A stretch of DNA of 64,000 nt from contig JAKFCV010000003.1 of assembly GCA_036676435.1 (NCBI GenBank), forward strand, positions 606-64,605, written 5' to 3'. This stretch comes from Pedobacter sp. (GTDB taxonomy: Bacteria > Bacteroidota > Bacteroidia > Sphingobacteriales > Sphingobacteriaceae). Below are positions 48,057 through 57,733 of this stretch, in pieces; the first letter of the stretch is position 1; every line of letters begins with the position of its first letter. Both the position numbers and the translations under genes were made by a program. The notes under the pieces were generated by a model. That model did no database searches, had not been told where the DNA came from, and was given only the letters and a program-made list of their open reading frames with translations.

Positions 48057-49100
48057 ATGAACGATAACATAAATATACTGTATTTTATAAATGACAACGA
48101 AGATTCATTTTTAGAAGCATTCAAAAGTCCTGAATTTAAGCTCAGGCGCTCAAATCGCCTTTCGGATCTATCAACAATTGCTGAAAATTTTTCCATTTCG
48201 GAACTAAATTCAACTATTCTTATTGAAGTTACCCCTGCCAATTTCCATAGCACAATTCATGCTGCTAAAACGATTAAAAACAATTGGTATACCCGCAATT
48301 TGTTCATTATTTTCATTTTAACAGAAAATGATCCTAAATTTTCTAGTACGGCTCTGGCCCTGGGAATAAATGATTGTTATATAACCCCTGTTCCATACGA
48401 AGATCTTAAGGAACGTATAAGGTTTTTACATACCTTTTCGATACTCAAATCTCAGATCAGCCAGCTTCCGGAGCTTCCCAAAAAGGATTATGCAATCCCT
48501 ATGGTTAAAAGGGCGATAGATATAATTATATCAGGAACCGCCCTGCTGCTGCTAAGTCCCATCTTTCTAATCATCGCCATATTAATCAAGCTGGATTCAA
48601 AAGGGAGTGTGTTTTACACAAGCAAACGGGTGGGTACCGGGTACCGGATATTCGATTTCTATAAATTCCGTACGATGAGGGCTGATGCAGATAAAGAGGT
48701 TGCCAGTCTGCTGGAAAATAACCAGTATGGCAAAGCTTCATTTTTCAAACTTCAAAACGATCCCAGGGTTACAAAGCTTGGAAGCTTTCTCAGAAATACG
48801 AGTATTGATGAACTTCCGCAGTTACTTAATGTTTTGAAGGGCGAAATGTGTCTGGTAGGCAACAGGCCTCTCCCATTATATGAAGCTGAGTTATTAACCA
48901 CAAATGAATGGTCTACCCGGTTCTTAGGACCAGCGGGACTCACAGGCCTGTGGCAAATCAGCAAACGCGGAAAAAAGGATATGTCTGAAATAGAAAGAAA
49001 ACAGCTGGACAACTACTATGCAAGCAATTTTTCCCTTTATATGGATTTCAAAATTATCCTCAAAACATTCCCGGCTCTAATTCAAAAAGAAAAAGTCTAA
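48057..49100 (+). CDS. Priming sugar-phosphate transferase (bacterial sugar transferase, WbaP/PglC-like) with an N-terminal degenerate receiver-like domain
   Basis: The C-terminal roughly 200 aa carry [16 protein letters not shown] (re-entrant helix), [25 protein letters not shown] and LVGNRP. The N-terminal roughly 130 aa have a (beta-alpha)5 receiver-like pattern but lack the Asp and Lys hallmarks. Confidence 0.9.
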   Translation: MNDNINILYFINDNEDSFLEAFKSPEFKLRRSNRLSDLSTIAENFSISELNSTILIEVTPANFHSTIHAAKTIKNNWYTRNLFIIFILTENDPKFSSTALALGINDCYITPVPYEDLKERIRFLHTFSILKSQISQLPELPKKDYAIPMVKRAIDIIISGTALLLLSPIFLIIAILIKLDSKGSVFYTSKRVGTGYRIFDFYKFRTMRADADKEVASLLENNQYGKASFFKLQNDPRVTKLGSFLRNTSIDELPQLLNVLKGEMCLVGNRPLPLYEAELLTTNEWSTRFLGPAGLTGLWQISKRGKKDMSEIERKQLDNYYASNFSLYMDFKIILKTFPALIQKEKV

Positions 49101-49165
49101 GTCTTGTCTTAAATATTTATGAAAAAAAAAATGGAACTGAAATCTTAACCTAATTATTATCTATC

Positions 49166-49843
49166 ATGAAAACAAACGCACTCTTAATCCTAATGATGCT
49201 TTCCGGCCTTGGGTCCACCTTCGCACAGGAATCCATTGTATCTCAAATCAATTATACTCAGCTGGAAAAGTACATCCAGTCCGCCCAGCAAAATTACCCC
49301 AGAAAACAGATCATGGCACTGAATACTGAGCGGGCAAAGAACGACGTGCCTTCGGCGACTTTATCCTACCTGGATATCTTTAATGCATCATATTTCTACA
49401 GACCAGATGGAGCCACATCTATAAATATGGCAAATCCCTATTTAGTTAACGGTTTCCAGTTCGGAGTCAATGTCAATATTGGCAATTTCCTTCAAAAGCC
49501 TTATGAGGTTAAGAAAGCCAGAACCGAATTAAAAATCGCACAGCTTGAAGAAAAAGAGTATGAAACTGTATTGACCAATGAGGTCAAAAGCCGGTATTAC
49601 GCCTATATTCTGCAATTAAACGAGTTAAAACTTAGGACTCAGTCTGCACAGGATAACAAAACCGTATCCGACGATATGCGCTATAAGTTTGAAAAAGGAG
49701 AAATAACCCTTCAGGTTTATAATGCCTCCAGGATCAGCGCATCAGGTGCGGATTCCAGCAGAATACAGTCTGAAATAGATTTCCTGAAGGCAAAGGATGC
49801 TCTCGAAGAAATTATTGGAAAAAAATTGGAGCAGATAAATTAA
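49166..49843 (+). CDS. Half-length TolC/outer-membrane-efflux-protein-like protein (single OEP repeat)
   Basis: Signal peptide (LSGLGSTFA), then one OEP-type repeat: an N-terminal LEKYIQSAQQNYP...A motif, a short beta segment and long heptad helices, ending ...AKDALEEIIG. At 225 aa it is about half of a normal TolC protomer. Confidence 0.6.
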   Translation: MKTNALLILMMLSGLGSTFAQESIVSQINYTQLEKYIQSAQQNYPRKQIMALNTERAKNDVPSATLSYLDIFNASYFYRPDGATSINMANPYLVNGFQFGVNVNIGNFLQKPYEVKKARTELKIAQLEEKEYETVLTNEVKSRYYAYILQLNELKLRTQSAQDNKTVSDDMRYKFEKGEITLQVYNASRISASGADSSRIQSEIDFLKAKDALEEIIGKKLEQIN

Positions 49844-49849
49844 ATCAAA

Positions 49850-52015
49850 ATGGAAACTAAAAGATTTTTCAAACTTTTAAAAAAATATCTGTGGGTATTA
49901 ATATTTCTGCCTGTTTTAACTGTGGTTATTACTTACCTCCTGGTTAAAGACCTTCCTGAAGAATATAAATCAGAAGCGCAGATTTCCACGGGCCTTGCAG
50001 ATCAGTCGCAACAGATGACCTCTGCCCAGAACATGGATTATTTCAGAATAAACCAGCAATTTTCAAGCATCATAGAGATGATGAAAATGAAGAAAATGAT
50101 AGATTTACTTTCCTATCAATTGCTTCTGCATGATCTTCGCTCTCCGGAGAGCACCTTTACCAGTTACAGTGACGAGATTAATAATCTAAGCCCGGCAGAA
50201 AAAAACGAAACTATAGCGTTTTTCACAAATAAACTATATGACAAATCTCCTATTACGATAGCCGATAATGGAAAAATCAAATTTTTCGATATTCTAAGGT
50301 CGATGAAATATGATGAGAAAAGCATCCGCAAAAACCTTGAAATAACCCGCAACGATAATAGTGATTTCATTACTATCAAATACATTTCAACCAATCCTCT
50401 ACAATCGGCCTTTGCTGTTAATACCTTATCCAATGAGTTTATTAACAGTTATGAGCTTGCAGTTAATCAAAATCAAACCAAGTCCATTGTCTTACTGGAT
50501 TCCTTATTAAAAAATAAGGAGCAGCACATGAATTCTAAAAACTCTGAGCTGAAGGATTATAAAATGGAAAATGGCGTATTAAATCTTGGCACCCAATCGG
50601 ATATCCTATATGCTCAGATCTCGGCTTATGAAGAAAGAAAAGCACAGGCCATCCGGGATATACAGGCAAACCAGGGGGCGATAGCCAGCATTAACAGCAA
50701 ACTGAGCAGCAGCAGCGATAATTATGTCGGCGGAACAGTAGTGAAGGATAATAATGACATAATTAATCTTCGTAATCAGCTGCAGATTGCAAATGAAAGA
50801 TTTGTTGACAATAACTTTAACCCAGCAGATAAGAGAAAAATCGATTCTCTTCAGAATTTGCTTTCAGCACAGGTATCCCGGACTTCCGACCGCTATCTAA
50901 ATGATCCGCTGGCAGCCAAGGAAAAACTTCTTGAACAAAAAAGATCTATGGAAATGTCCCTGGACCTGGCACGGAACAGTATCCGTTCTATTGACAGGGA
51001 ATTGGCACAGTTAAAAGGGAAGTATAATTCACTGGTACCCTTTGATGCCGGAATTCAAGGCTATGAGCGTGATGCTGAAGTTGCTACAAAAGAATACCTG
51101 GAAGTTTTAGAGCGCTATAATCAGGGAAATATTGAAAAAAGTGTGGGGCTAAGATTGCAGGTTGCTCAATTAGGTTTACCTGGCTTACCTATAACTTCGA
51201 AAAGAGTTTTATATACGTCTCTGTCCGGTATTTCCAGCCTGATGTTATTTCTTGTGGCCCTGATCCTGACCTACCTTTTTGATCGTTCTATAAATAATTC
51301 AAAACAATTAGCGGCAGCTACACAAAGTCCGGTAATTGGAAGCCTTACAAGTATTAAGGAACCCGGAATGGATCTTCAAAAGATCTGGAACAGCAATGAC
51401 GATCCGGATTATACCGTTTATAAGGATCTGTTGAGATCTCTGCGTTTTGAAATAGACCACCAGCTATCTCTAAATCAAAATGTAGTGGGCATTACCAGTC
51501 TGAGATCCGGAGAAGGCAAAACCTTTCTTTCCCTTGGACTTGCCTATGCATTTGCAATGACTGATAAAAAGGTATTATTAATAAGCAGCGATTTTGAAAA
51601 GCCTTCAATAGACCAGAAGCAGCTTCCGGCTCAATTTTTTGAAAACTTCCTGGTTAAACGTGAAATTCAAAAGGAAGACTATATCACGGTTTTAAACACC
51701 AAATCTACCAATGGTTCCTTATTGGAGATTCAAAATGAAAAGAATTTAAAAGCTGGCTTCGAAGTCTTGAAAAACGAATTCGATGTCATTATCATTGATA
51801 TAAGCAGTATGGGTAACAGTAATAAAGCCAAAGAATGGCTTCTGTTTGCTGATAAAAATCTTTCTGTCTTTGAGGCGGGAAAAACCCTTACCGACGATGA
51901 TAAAGAATTTGTATCATTCATTAAAGGTCAAAAAGGCTTTATGGGTTGGGTTATTAATAAAGTTAGAATGGGTGAGATGAATCAATCGTCGTACCTGGCC
52001 AAAAAATATGCCTGA
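49850..52015 (+). CDS. Polysaccharide co-polymerase (Wzz/GumC-type) fused to a BY-kinase-like P-loop domain
   Basis: TM1 near the N-terminus, a Wzz-like and coiled-coil periplasmic region, TM2 (LSGISSLMLFLVALILTYL), then Walker A SGEGKT, A' LLISSDFEKP and B DVIIIDIS. There is no C-terminal Tyr cluster. Confidence 0.85.
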   Translation: METKRFFKLLKKYLWVLIFLPVLTVVITYLLVKDLPEEYKSEAQISTGLADQSQQMTSAQNMDYFRINQQFSSIIEMMKMKKMIDLLSYQLLLHDLRSPESTFTSYSDEINNLSPAEKNETIAFFTNKLYDKSPITIADNGKIKFFDILRSMKYDEKSIRKNLEITRNDNSDFITIKYISTNPLQSAFAVNTLSNEFINSYELAVNQNQTKSIVLLDSLLKNKEQHMNSKNSELKDYKMENGVLNLGTQSDILYAQISAYEERKAQAIRDIQANQGAIASINSKLSSSSDNYVGGTVVKDNNDIINLRNQLQIANERFVDNNFNPADKRKIDSLQNLLSAQVSRTSDRYLNDPLAAKEKLLEQKRSMEMSLDLARNSIRSIDRELAQLKGKYNSLVPFDAGIQGYERDAEVATKEYLEVLERYNQGNIEKSVGLRLQVAQLGLPGLPITSKRVLYTSLSGISSLMLFLVALILTYLFDRSINNSKQLAAATQSPVIGSLTSIKEPGMDLQKIWNSNDDPDYTVYKDLLRSLRFEIDHQLSLNQNVVGITSLRSGEGKTFLSLGLAYAFAMTDKKVLLISSDFEKPSIDQKQLPAQFFENFLVKREIQKEDYITVLNTKSTNGSLLEIQNEKNLKAGFEVLKNEFDVIIIDISSMGNSNKAKEWLLFADKNLSVFEAGKTLTDDDKEFVSFIKGQKGFMGWVINKVRMGEMNQSSYLAKKYA

Positions 52016-53549
52016 GAAGCATGAAACCATTAGAAACTTATTTTCTTATTTGCTCAAAGGATTTTTTGAGCTACTATCAACCCTCTTTAAAACTCCACCT
52101 ATGAGGCAATACCTGCTTTCATTGCTTGAATTGTTCCAGAAAGGGCTTATGCTCCTTTTGGGACTTATTACGGCTCTTGTTATCGGGTTCTTTACTGCTC
52201 AGTTCGGTTCAGTAATCCCGGTAACAATAATCGTAGCATCAATAATTACAGCCTTACTGGTAGGAATATTTAAAAATCCGGAATATGGATTTATAGCTAC
52301 AATATCCTACTGTTTTCTCTTTTTCATTTTGGTAAGGGAAGCAGGTGGTTTCCCTTTTGGAATTGGAATAGAAATACTTCTGGCATTAACCTGGATAGCT
52401 ACCTGCATTCAGTACAAACGATATGACTGGCATCTGGTTAAAAATGACCTTGTTTATTTAATTTTTGCCTGGTTTATAATAAGTGTTCTGGAAATCCTAA
52501 ATCCTGCAGGAGCAAGCGTCATGGGATGGCTTCAGGAAATCAGAACCTCGGCGGTTTATCCGTTATTGATTATTCCGCTTGCATTTCTCTTCTTCACAAA
52601 AAACAGGAACCTTAATTTTTTTCTTATCCTTATTATGGCGCTTTCTGTAATAGCTACCTTAAACGGAATAAGGCAGGTTTATATAGGACTGTCGCCGGGA
52701 GAGCAAAAATTTCTCGATGAAGGCGGGGCAAGTACCCATTTATTATGGGGCAAGCTCAGGGTCTTTTCCTTTTTCAGTAACGCAAGTCAATATGGAGTAT
52801 CGCAAGCACATATAGGATTAATAGCATTTGTTCTTGCTCTCGGCCCTTTTAAGTGGTGGAAAAAAATAACGCTTCTGGCTGTATCAGGAATTCTGCTTTA
52901 CGGCATGCTGATATCAGGTACCAGAGGTGCTCTTTTTGCCTTGATAATCGGTGGAATTGTAGCTATTGTGCTGAGTAAAAATTACAAGATCCTGATCATA
53001 GGCAGTCTGTTGGTTTTATCCGGAGTAAGTGTGCTTAAATTCACTACTTATGGAAATGGACATTATGAGATCTACAGGCTTAGAACGGCTCTGGATCCCC
53101 AGGATGCATCATTAAATACCCGCTTCCTTAATCAGGAGATCCTAAAGGATTATTTAAAAACCCGTCCCTTCGGAGGTGGTTTAGGAGTAACCGGATTTTG
53201 GGGAGCCAAATACAATTCAGATAAATTTCTTTCTACCATTCCCCCTGATAGTTATTGGGTGAAGGTATGGGTGATGTATGGAATAGCAGGCCTGACCATC
53301 TGGTTCAGTATAATGATGTATATCCTGGGAAAATGCTGCGGAATAATATGGAAAATTCAGGATAAGAAACTGAAGTTTAAATTGATTGCACTTTGTTCAG
53401 GTGCGGCCGGAATTTTCTTTGCCAGTTATGGCAATGAAATCATTAACGATATGCCATCAGCATTGATAGTGAGCGTTTCCTGGGTATTTATCTATTTAGG
53501 GCCAAAATTAGACCGTCAAATTTTAAAACCCGAGCCAAATGCAGAATAG
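52008..53549 (+). CDS. O-antigen ligase/polymerase (Wzy-like) family membrane protein
   Basis: About 12 TM helices with a large loop carrying SGTRGALFAL (Wzy_C-like). Its start overlaps the upstream stop by 8 nt. Confidence 0.8.
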   Translation: MPEKHETIRNLFSYLLKGFFELLSTLFKTPPMRQYLLSLLELFQKGLMLLLGLITALVIGFFTAQFGSVIPVTIIVASIITALLVGIFKNPEYGFIATISYCFLFFILVREAGGFPFGIGIEILLALTWIATCIQYKRYDWHLVKNDLVYLIFAWFIISVLEILNPAGASVMGWLQEIRTSAVYPLLIIPLAFLFFTKNRNLNFFLILIMALSVIATLNGIRQVYIGLSPGEQKFLDEGGASTHLLWGKLRVFSFFSNASQYGVSQAHIGLIAFVLALGPFKWWKKITLLAVSGILLYGMLISGTRGALFALIIGGIVAIVLSKNYKILIIGSLLVLSGVSVLKFTTYGNGHYEIYRLRTALDPQDASLNTRFLNQEILKDYLKTRPFGGGLGVTGFWGAKYNSDKFLSTIPPDSYWVKVWVMYGIAGLTIWFSIMMYILGKCCGIIWKIQDKKLKFKLIALCSGAAGIFFASYGNEIINDMPSALIVSVSWVFIYLGPKLDRQILKPEPNAE

Positions 53550-54450
53550 TCCGCTTGTTTCCATTATCTCAATTAATTACGATCAGCCTCAGGTTACTTT
53601 CGGAATGCTGGAATCGCTAAGAAATTTATCTTACAAGAATATTGAGATCATAATAGTGGACAATGCATCGCCAAATCATGATCCTGAACAAATTAAACAA
53701 CGGTATCCAGAGATCAAACTTATAAAATCCGGTATAAATCTGGGTTTTGCCGGGGGTAATAACCTGGGAATTAAAGAGGCAAAGGGTAAATATCTTTTCT
53801 TTCTAAATAATGACACCGAAGTAACCAGCGATTGTTTAGAGCCTTTAGTGAACCTGTTTGAATCAAACAGCACAGCGGGAATTGCATCGCCCAAGATTAA
53901 ATTTTTCGATTCAGATAATATAATTCAATATGCCGGTTCAACGGAGATTAACCCCTGGACAGGGCGAAATCGTGGTATTGGAAGCATGGAGAAAGATACC
54001 GGACAATTCAACTTATCGACTAAAACAGATTTAGCCCATGGAGCGGCAATGATGGTTCCAAGGGCTGTTATTGATAAAGCGGGTTTAATGCCAGAGATAT
54101 ATTTTTTATACTATGAAGAACTGGATTGGTGTGAGATGATAAAAAGAGAAGGCTATTCCTGTCATTATGTTGGGGAGGCCTCTGTCTATCACAAAGAATC
54201 CATGTCGGTAGGAAAGGCTTCGCTCCTAAAAACCTATTACATAAACAGAAACCGGCTCCTGTTTATCCGCAGAAATTTTTCCGGATTTCAAAAGTGGTCC
54301 AGTTACCTCTTATTCCTCGCACTTGCTATTCCTAAAAGGTCTGCTGGGCATGCGATAAAAGGTGAATGGAAACATTGTATGGCATTATGGAGAGGGGTAT
54401 TCTGGAATTTGAAGTCAGCCATCCAACCACATATCCACAGCAATGTTTAA
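53539..54450 (+). CDS. GT2 glycosyltransferase (rhamnosyltransferase-like)
   Basis: VSIISINYD, IIVDNAS, GFAGGNN, FLNNDT and YYEELDWC motifs. Overlaps the upstream gene by 11 nt. Confidence 0.9.
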   Translation: MQNSPLVSIISINYDQPQVTFGMLESLRNLSYKNIEIIIVDNASPNHDPEQIKQRYPEIKLIKSGINLGFAGGNNLGIKEAKGKYLFFLNNDTEVTSDCLEPLVNLFESNSTAGIASPKIKFFDSDNIIQYAGSTEINPWTGRNRGIGSMEKDTGQFNLSTKTDLAHGAAMMVPRAVIDKAGLMPEIYFLYYEELDWCEMIKREGYSCHYVGEASVYHKESMSVGKASLLKTYYINRNRLLFIRRNFSGFQKWSSYLLFLALAIPKRSAGHAIKGEWKHCMALWRGVFWNLKSAIQPHIHSNV

Positions 54451-54606
54451 AGATTTAATGAATCCAAACTATATCTATCATGCCATTTGAATTCTTTTTA
54501 CTACCGGGTATACTCTTTCTCATTCTAGGTTTTCTGAATGGAAAGAAATATTACAGGAAACAAAATCCCTGATTATTGTTAAGATAATTTAAAGCGATTT
54601 GAAATT

Positions 54607-55248
54607 ATGACAGTTCAATTGAAGCAGATGTCCATAACAGCTAAGATAAAATCTAATCCGGTCCTCAAAAAGATGGCGCTTAGATTACTCATTCCCAGGA
54701 ATGAGTACCGGCCAAGAACCTGGGTGAAATGGTTTCTGAATCCATTTAAGCATAAGCATGGGCAGGGTTCTGTAATTAGAAGCCGCACAAGGACCGACCT
54801 GTTTCCCTACAATAATTTCACCCTCGGTAAGGACTCTGTCATTGAAGATTTTACTACCATAAACAATGCAGTGGGAGATGTGATCATCGGCGATAAAACG
54901 ATTATTGGTATTGGTTCGGTTATTATCGGACCTGTTGCCATCGGAAATAATGTTCTGATTGCCCAGAACATTGTCATGTCCGGATTAAACCACGGATATG
55001 AAGATGTTAATATCCCACCTTCGGAACATGAGGTTACATGTAAGCCTATCGTAATTTCAGATAATGTATGGATTGGAGCGAACAGCGTAATTACTGCAGG
55101 TGTCACCCTGGGTAAACACTGCGTAATCGGAGCAGGAAGCATTGTGACCAAAAGCATTCCCGATTATTGTGTGGCAGTGGGAAACCCGGCTAAAATTATT
55201 AAAAAGTATAATTCCGTCAGTAAAAGCTGGGAAAGCATTAAGCAATAA
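54607..55248 (+). CDS. Left-handed beta-helix (hexapeptide-repeat) O-acyltransferase
   Basis: Repeated [LIV]-G-x-x-x-x hexads (IGDKTIIGIGSVIIGPVAIGNNVLIAQN...VWIGANSVITAGVTLGKHCVIGAGSIV). Confidence 0.85.
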   Translation: MTVQLKQMSITAKIKSNPVLKKMALRLLIPRNEYRPRTWVKWFLNPFKHKHGQGSVIRSRTRTDLFPYNNFTLGKDSVIEDFTTINNAVGDVIIGDKTIIGIGSVIIGPVAIGNNVLIAQNIVMSGLNHGYEDVNIPPSEHEVTCKPIVISDNVWIGANSVITAGVTLGKHCVIGAGSIVTKSIPDYCVAVGNPAKIIKKYNSVSKSWESIKQ

Positions 55249-55260
55249 ATAACAATCAGA

Positions 55261-56490
55261 ATGATCCGAAATATTGAAGGCAGAGATATCGTAATAATAG
55301 GGCAACAGCCCTGGGATACCGATATAGGTAGCAATTGTAAGGACATCGCATTGGAAATGAGCAAGAGCAACCGAATATTGTACGTTAATTCTCCTCTGGA
55401 CAGGGCCACCAGGATCAGAAATAAAAATGATCAAAAAATAAAGAAACGAATTTCCATTGTAAATGGAAAGGAAACCGGATTGATCAGAATTAATGATAAC
55501 CTCTGGAACCTCTATCCTGATTGCATGGTGGAATCGATCAACTGGATCAATATCAGATATGTTTTTGATGCCATTAATAAGCAAAACAACAGAAAATTCG
55601 CTAATTCAATAAAGAAAGCACTGGATAAATTAAGCTTTAAGGACTATATATTATTCAACGATAATGAAATGTTCAAAGGCTTTTATTTAAAAGACTTTCT
55701 AAAACCCGAGCTCAGTGTTTACTATTCCAGAGATTATATGCTGGCAGTAGATTACTGGAAAAAGCACGGCGAAAGGCTGGAGCCCTTACTCATATCAAAG
55801 AACGATATATGTATGGCCAATTCTACATATTTGGCTGATTATTGCAAGCAATATAATTCCAACAGCTTTTACATCGGACAGGGATGCGATCTCGAAATGT
55901 TCAATAACATCACCGATATACCAGGGGTATTTAAAGATATTAAGGGTCCGATAATCGGATATGTAGGCGCACTCCAATCAATCCGCCTGGATATTGACCT
56001 GATAGCGGGGATAGCTCTGGCACGTCCTGACTGGAATATTGCACTCGTTGGCCCTGAAGATGAGAATTTCACATCCAGCATCTTGCACCAGCTCCCTAAT
56101 GTGATTTTTACAGGCTTAAAACCAATGAGCGAACTTCCCGCCTGTATCAAATCGTTTGATGTATGCATCAATCCGCAGTTAATCAATGAGGTGACCATAG
56201 GAAATTACCCCAGAAAAATAGATGAATATCTGGCGGTTGGTAAGCCGGTGGTTGCAACCCGGACCCGTGCAATGGATATTTTTCAGGACCACGTCTACCT
56301 GGCTGGCGACCTCGGGGAATATTTGAACTGTATTGAAGCGGCCCTGGGGGAGGAAAACCCATTACTTCAAACCAAAAGAAAAGATTTTGCACAATTGCAC
56401 ACCTGGAAAAATTGCGTTCAGGAGATCTATTCCATTCTAAACGCTGCAGAAAGCGGTAACTCTCAAAAACCAATCAATGAATTTAATTAA
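55261..56490 (+). CDS. GT-B fold glycosyltransferase (GT4/TuaH-like)
   Basis: C-terminal nucleotide-sugar-binding region GYVGAL...PRKIDEYLAVGKPVVAT (EX7E-like). Confidence 0.8.
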   Translation: MIRNIEGRDIVIIGQQPWDTDIGSNCKDIALEMSKSNRILYVNSPLDRATRIRNKNDQKIKKRISIVNGKETGLIRINDNLWNLYPDCMVESINWINIRYVFDAINKQNNRKFANSIKKALDKLSFKDYILFNDNEMFKGFYLKDFLKPELSVYYSRDYMLAVDYWKKHGERLEPLLISKNDICMANSTYLADYCKQYNSNSFYIGQGCDLEMFNNITDIPGVFKDIKGPIIGYVGALQSIRLDIDLIAGIALARPDWNIALVGPEDENFTSSILHQLPNVIFTGLKPMSELPACIKSFDVCINPQLINEVTIGNYPRKIDEYLAVGKPVVATRTRAMDIFQDHVYLAGDLGEYLNCIEAALGEENPLLQTKRKDFAQLHTWKNCVQEIYSILNAAESGNSQKPINEFN

Positions 56491-57661
56491 TACAATTTGG
56501 ATAATCGTACAGATATTGATCGGATATCATCTGATATTGCCTCTAATCCTGTATATTTTTTATTTGACTAAAAAAAGAAAAGAAAAATTTCTTGCAGGAA
56601 CCTATGCAGCCGATTACGCCATAATAGTGACTGCCTATGAACAAACTGATTTATTGCCATCTGTTATAAGTTCTATTTTAAAACTCAATTACAGCAATTA
56701 CCTGGTTTATGTGGTCGCGGATAAATGCGATATTTCACAGTTAAAATTCAATGATCCCAGGGTCATTTTACTGAGACCGGAGGAAACACTTTCAAACAAT
56801 GTGAAATCCCACTTTTATGCAATTGACCGATTTAAACGATCGCACGAAAGGCTTACAATAATCGATAGTGATAATTTGGTGGACCCTGAATATTTAAACC
56901 ACTTGAATGATTTGTTTGATCAGGGTTTCAGTGCGGTTCAGGGAGTGAGAGAGGCTAAAAACCTGAACACCCACTATGCCTGCCTGGATGCCGCACGGGA
57001 TATTTACTATCGGCTTATAGATAATAAATTACTCTTCGATACAGGTTCCTCAGCTACTCTGTCTGGTTCAGGCATGGCCTTCACAACAAGGCTTTACAAA
57101 GAATGTCTTGAGCACTCGAAAATTGAAGGTGCAGGTTTTGACAAGGTACTGCAATTTGAAATACTTAAACGGAATCACAGGATAGCCTTTTCTGAACATG
57201 CTGTTGTCTATGATGAAAAAACGTCACAATCCAGCCAACTTGTAAAGCAGAGGGCAAGATGGATTAATACCTGGTTTAAATATTTCAACCTTGGAATAAA
57301 AATGACAGGCTACGGAGTTAAGGAATTGAATTGGAACAAATTTATGTTCGGGGTATTGCTGATGAGACCACCCCTATTCATTCTGGTTATACTGTCATTT
57401 GTCTGCCTGCTGATTGATATGTTCCTTTTCCCTTATATGGCAATCATCTGGCTTATTTCACTATTTATATTTATAGCCATGTTCTTTGTTGCCTTTTCAC
57501 ATTTTAAAGCTCATAAGCAGATTTACAAATCGCTTATAAATGCTCCAAAATTTGTATACCACCAAATTTCCGCATTAATAAAGGCAAAGAATGCTAATCA
57601 ATTATCTGTTGCCACAAAACATTATGTAGATAGTGATCCTGTATTACAGCAAAACGATTAA
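56477..57661 (+). CDS. Membrane-anchored GT2 glycosyltransferase
   Basis: N-terminal TM helix, VTAYEQ, VVADKCD, IIDSDN, QRARW (QxxRW-like), then C-terminal TM helices. Overlaps the upstream gene by 14 nt. Confidence 0.8.
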   Translation: MNLINTIWIIVQILIGYHLILPLILYIFYLTKKRKEKFLAGTYAADYAIIVTAYEQTDLLPSVISSILKLNYSNYLVYVVADKCDISQLKFNDPRVILLRPEETLSNNVKSHFYAIDRFKRSHERLTIIDSDNLVDPEYLNHLNDLFDQGFSAVQGVREAKNLNTHYACLDAARDIYYRLIDNKLLFDTGSSATLSGSGMAFTTRLYKECLEHSKIEGAGFDKVLQFEILKRNHRIAFSEHAVVYDEKTSQSSQLVKQRARWINTWFKYFNLGIKMTGYGVKELNWNKFMFGVLLMRPPLFILVILSFVCLLIDMFLFPYMAIIWLISLFIFIAMFFVAFSHFKAHKQIYKSLINAPKFVYHQISALIKAKNANQLSVATKHYVDSDPVLQQND

Positions 57662-57733
57662 GACGCCTGAGAATAACCCATACTTATCAAAGAGCGACCC
57701 ATATAAATTTACAATTCCATTAAAACAACAAGC

